NCBI GenBank assembly: GCA_963814375.1 | Contig: CAWFCQ010000007.1 | Coordinates: 256,001 to 320,000 of the forward strand | Origin: an uncultured Chloroflexia bacterium | GTDB lineage: Bacteria; Chloroflexota; Limnocylindria; QHBO01 | Reading direction: 5' to 3' | DNA length: 64,000 nt | In this document: positions 59,939 to 64,000 of the stretch, in pieces | Position numbering within the stretch: the first letter of the stretch is position 1 | Layout: every line of letters starts with the position of its first letter | Notes under the pieces: model-generated | Database searches by the model: none | What the model saw: only the letters and a program-made list of their open reading frames with translations | Told to the model about the DNA's origin: nothing | Made by a program: the position numbers and the translations under genes

Positions 59939-62900
59939 TCCCCTCCCGCACGGAGGACGCCGCTGACCCGCACGCGCCCGAGCAGCCGGCCGATGACCAC
60001 GACGGTCACGACCAGCGCGACCAGCGCAGCGAGGTAGAGCACCCCGTAGACGCCCCATGGGAAGACGACGTCGACGGGCGGGACCGCCAGGGTCGCCTCC
60101 TGCGTGAGCGTCACGAAGGGCAGCACGACCCACGCCAGCACCAGGCCCAGGCCGGTGCCGGCCAGCAGCCCGATCAGGAGCAGGAAGGCATTCTCGATCG
60201 TGAGCCACGCCGAAAGCTGACGGTGCGAGAGGCCGATGGCCTGGAGCAACGCGAACTCACCCAACCGCTCCCTGGCCGAAACGGTGGCGCTGACGACGAA
60301 GCCGATCGCCGCGAAGATGATTGCCGCAAGAGCGCCGATGACGAGCGCGCCGATGACGCCGAGGGCGACCGGGTCGCCGATGAGATCGCGGTGCAGGTCG
60401 TCGCGCGCCACGGCCGCAGCCACCGAGTACGGCTCGGCACGGATGGTCTCGGCCACCGACGGCCCGGCACCCTCGGCGGTCGCGAGCCACCACTCGTCGG
60501 CCCCGAGGGCAGAGCCGCTCGCCTCATCGGCCGTTGCCAGCGCACCGATGTCGGCGATGACGAACGGTTCGGCGGGATCGACGGTCGGGAAGCCGCGCAG
60601 TGAGCCGACGATCGTGAACTGCCGGCGCTGAGTGAGCTGGCCGAGCTCGACCGTGTCACCGATCGCTGCACCCGTGGCTGCGAGGTAGCCCTCCGATGCG
60701 AGAACCGGCACTGGCCCGGCATCTTCGGCGGCGGGCGCACCCACCGCGAACTCGATCTCGCTCGGATCGGCCGGCCCGAATCCCGGGAGTGCGTCCTCGG
60801 CGTCGAAGGTCATGGGTGGGATGGTTCCAAGGTCGACCGGCAGCGCCTCGCCGTCCGCGGCGAGCAGCTCGAGCCCGTCGAGCGTCACGCTTCCGACGCC
60901 GAGCGACTCCGCCGGCAGCTCGACCGCCAGCTCAACACCGATGATCGCGGCCGGGAACGCCGGCACCAGCGCCTGTCCCGCCAGGGCGTCGGAGGTCACC
61001 GGGATCTCGACCGACTGCGCGCCGAGGCCCACCGCCATTCGCGGGCCGGTGACCCGGTGGATGATGCCGTCGGCGTCGCGCATCACGATGGCCGGCGTGA
61101 TGCCGCGGAAGCCGGGAGAGAAGGTGACGCTCTCCTCGTTGGACGATCAGCGGCTCGATGGCAGTGGTCACTTCCAGGGCCACGGCCACGGTGCCCTCGT
61201 CCAGTGGGGTCCCTGTCGCAGGAACCTCGGCGGTGAGGCGAGCCAGCAGGTCGTCGATCGGCTCGTCGGCGAGGTCGGGCCGGAACTCGATGGCAGCCGC
61301 CGCATCGGCGCTGTCGATGGCGAGGATCGTCCCGCTCTGTGCCTGCGCGAGGTCGAAGTGATCGACCGCGACCGGGATCGCCTCCTCTACGTCATCGACG
61401 GTCCGATAGGACTGCCCGATCGCCCAGCTCGGCAGATCGGCGAATCTCGCGACCTCGACCCGCACGTCGGACCCGGTTCGATACGCCGCCTGGTCGGCCT
61501 GGGACTGCGTCCAGGTGCTGGCGTAGGCGCCGGCAAACGTCCCGAGCGCGGCCGCGAGCATGAGGAGCAGCGCGGAGCGGGTGTAGCGCAGCGGCCGTCG
61601 CGACAGCTGCCGTGCGCCCAGCGGTCCGACCAGACCGCGCTGCCCGACGAGCAGTCGTTCACCAAGCTCAGCGGCGAGTGGCACGATGCGGAGCGCGAGA
61701 ATCGAGCCGGCGAGAAGCGCGATCGCGGGTGCGGCGACGAGCAGCGGGTCGAGACCGATCGTTCCGCGCACCGTCTGCGTCAGGGGCGCGCCGTACTGGC
61801 GAAGCTGCCACAGACCGATGCCGGCCAGGACGACGAGCGCCAGGTCCAGGCCGAGACGCTGTGCGAGCGAGCGGTTGCCCTGCCGGGAGATCGACTGCCG
61901 CACGACGGCGAGCCCGCGTCCCGCGCCAAGCGCCGGCAGCACCAGCCCCAGAGTCGCGGCCAGGCCGGCGCCGATGGCAACCAGCACCACGGTGCTGTCG
62001 ATGCGGGGCTCGATCGTGATGCCGGCTTCTGCCAGCGGTCCGCTGAAGTTGAGCATTCCGAGGATCGCGACGGCCAGCCACGGCGCAAGGAGGACGGCGG
62101 GGACCACGAGCAGCATCGCCTCGAGGAACGACATCAGCGCGATGTGGCGCACACCCGCTCCGCGCGACCTGAGCAGCGCCGTCTCGACCCGCCGCTGCTC
62201 GACCATCAGGCCGGCAACGAGCAGCAGCGCGTAGGCGGCCAGCACGGCGAACTGGATGGTGATCACCACGACCCCGCTGCGGCTGACGAGCAGCGAGCGA
62301 CCAGCCGCCTCGAGGATCTCGTCGAGCTCGGTCCCAACCTGGAAGAAGGCTCGGTCGCCGAGGGTCTCCTCCAGACGGCGCTCGAGCGCCGCGACATCGC
62401 TGCGCATCCACCTGACGTCGTCGAGGGCCAGCTGGTCGAAGTCGGGGAGGGCTCGGAGCTCGAGGTCGATGTCGCCGGACACCGTCCGTCCCAGCAGGTC
62501 CTCGCGGCCAACCACCAGCGGTCCGAAGGTCACGAAGGAGCCTCCCTCGCTGGCTCCCTCGAGCTCGAGCGGATCGGCTCGCCAGTACGGGTCGGTGGGA
62601 TCGGTCGGCTGCCAGATGCCGGTGACCAGGACCGAGACCTCGCTGCCTTCGTCACGCCGGCTCGCGACGGCCAGCTCGCTCCCGACCTCGAGCCCCAGCG
62701 CGTCGGCCGTGGAGCGCGACACCGCCACCGCCATCGGTTCTTCGCCTTCGTCCGGCCAGGCGCCGTCGAGGAGCGTGGCGTGCTCCTCGATGCCCTCGTA
62801 GGCGCCGAAGATGACGAGCGACGTGACCTCCTCGGAGTCCTCGCCGCCGGGAAGCTCGTATGTCTCTGAGCGGGCGACGGTGATCAGCTCGCCACCGGTC

Positions 62901-63181
62901 CAGCCCAGGATGCGCCCGATCTGGCGCTCGAGCTTGGGCTCGACCTCGGGAAGCTCATCTGCGGAGGCGCGGATCTGGACGCTGATGCTCGTGGAGGTGC
63001 CGGGCTCGTCGGCCAGGATCCGATGCAGCCCAGTCAGCGCCACCGCGTCGCCGTAGAGCACGCCGACGGCCACGAGCGTCGTGGCGCACACGATCACGAG
63101 CCACACCGCGGCCACGATCAGCCAGTCGGCGAAGCTTCGCTGCCAGACAACGCGAAGCGGGGCCACCAGGCCCTCGAGCAT
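59935..63181 (-). CDS. FtsX-like ABC transporter permease (apparent +1 frameshift near 61141)
   Basis: ETALLRSRGA and EFALLQAIGL FtsX motifs split across ORFs 60932-63298 and 59935-61086. Confidence 0.8.
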
Positions 63182-63337
63182 CCGAGCCTCCCGATTCCCC
63201 TTTGTCGTAGGTAGCGCCGGTGACGTTAATCGGTTCACCGGCCGACGGCTCCTGCCAAGGTCAGAGGGGCGGCCGCATTGTGACGGGTTGTCGCTCAATC
63301 GTCCCCGCGCGGGGGTTCTATGCTGCCACCGGATCGC

Positions 63338-63409
63338 GGGCCGTTAGCTCAGTGGCAGAGCAGGGGACTTTTAATCCTCGTGTCGTGGGTTCGAATCCCA
63401 CACGGCCCT
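63338..63409 (+). tRNA. tRNA-Lys (TTT), CCA not encoded
   Basis: GGGCCGT/ACGGCCC acceptor stem, CT-TTT-AA loop, GGTTCGAATCC. Confidence 0.9.
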
Positions 63410-63599
63410 CTCTGACAACACAGCCCGGCGGAAGAACGGGGCGGCCGGGGCCGTCCACTCGAGCCCGGTCATGCCCATCTGGCGGGTGATGCTCATCCGC
63501 TCGACCAGCATTCCGACGATCTCCGCCCGGCCCCGGGCTGGCTGCAGCCAGTGCCTCCGGCATCGACAGCAACCGCGTCGGCGCCTCGTCGAAGGCCAC

Positions 63600-63791
63600 C
63601 AGCTCCGCGCGACTCGTGATGCGCCAGGTCGCGTGGGAGGCAGGCGATCTTCTCCCGACCGGCAAATCCTCCAGCAGCCGGGTCAGTGGAACCAGCGTGA
63701 GGAAGTCGCGCACCGCCGGATTGTCCTCGTCGATGGGCACCTCGATCGCGGTCGATCCGGCCGAGAACCGCACGATGGTCTCAGCAGGCAC
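63600..63791 (-). pseudogene. Degraded cyclophilin-like-fold gene fragment
   Basis: IVRFSAG...DNPAVRDFLTLVPLT..LED start typical of cyclophilin-like proteins, then the similarity is lost. Confidence 0.45.
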
Positions 63792-63793
63792 GG

Positions 63794-64000
63794 CTACGCA
63801 TCCTCACGTGCAAGCGAGGTCGACAGGTCACGGTACGCGTTCGCATCGTCTTGAAGGTCCTTCGCCTTCTGCTCGGCGATGGCAATCGCATCGGCCCCTC
63901 CCATGAATCGGCGTGGCGGCTGCTGCTGGCTGGCGATCGTGATGAGAGCCTGCGCCAGCTTGGCCGGGTCGCCGGCCTGCCGGCGGTTCATGTCCTCGTA
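63794..64000 (-). CDS. SDR family oxidoreductase, C-terminal part (runs off the window)
   Basis: QAGDPAKLAQALI..PPRRF.GGADA...LSTSLA typical SDR tail. Confidence 0.7.
   Translation of the reverse strand, partial: YEDMNRRQAGDPAKLAQALITIASQQQPPRRFMGGADAIAIAEQKAKDLQDDANAYRDLSTSLAREDA

Overview
Very GC-rich bacterial chromosome segment. The gene content and style suggest Chloroflexota (Ca. Limnocylindria-like) or an actinobacterium; this is an inference. Housekeeping content includes lgt, a SUF Fe-S operon extended by MoeZ-like and JAMM genes, rsgA, pyrR-pyrB-pyrC...pyrE with a PyrR-binding leader, tldD/pmbA, two ECF sigma/anti-sigma pairs, an FtsX-type ABC exporter and three tRNAs (Gly-CCC, fMet, Lys-TTT). 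The most striking element is a minus-strand cluster at 24372-30318: Crp/Fnr regulator, a small protein built of about 7 tandem 14-aa units (ADEDDTEGHGVL-KR) each ending in a dibasic site, a stand-alone GAF protein, a signal-less S8 subtilisin, an MFS transporter fused to a cNMP-binding domain, and an M28 aminopeptidase lipoprotein. It resembles a bacterial analogue of Kex2-processed repeat pro-peptides (yeast alpha-factor logic) under possible cyclic-nucleotide control. Other oddities are a cbb3 subunit-I-like protein lacking the six canonical His ligands, a GalT-like protein lacking its catalytic His, a C-terminal repeat domain shared by a secreted S8 protease and a lysyl-oxidase-like protein, and tandem TIMP/NTR-like surface proteins. 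At least seven frameshift sites, mostly single extra bases in short runs, suggest sequencing or assembly error rather than pseudogenes.
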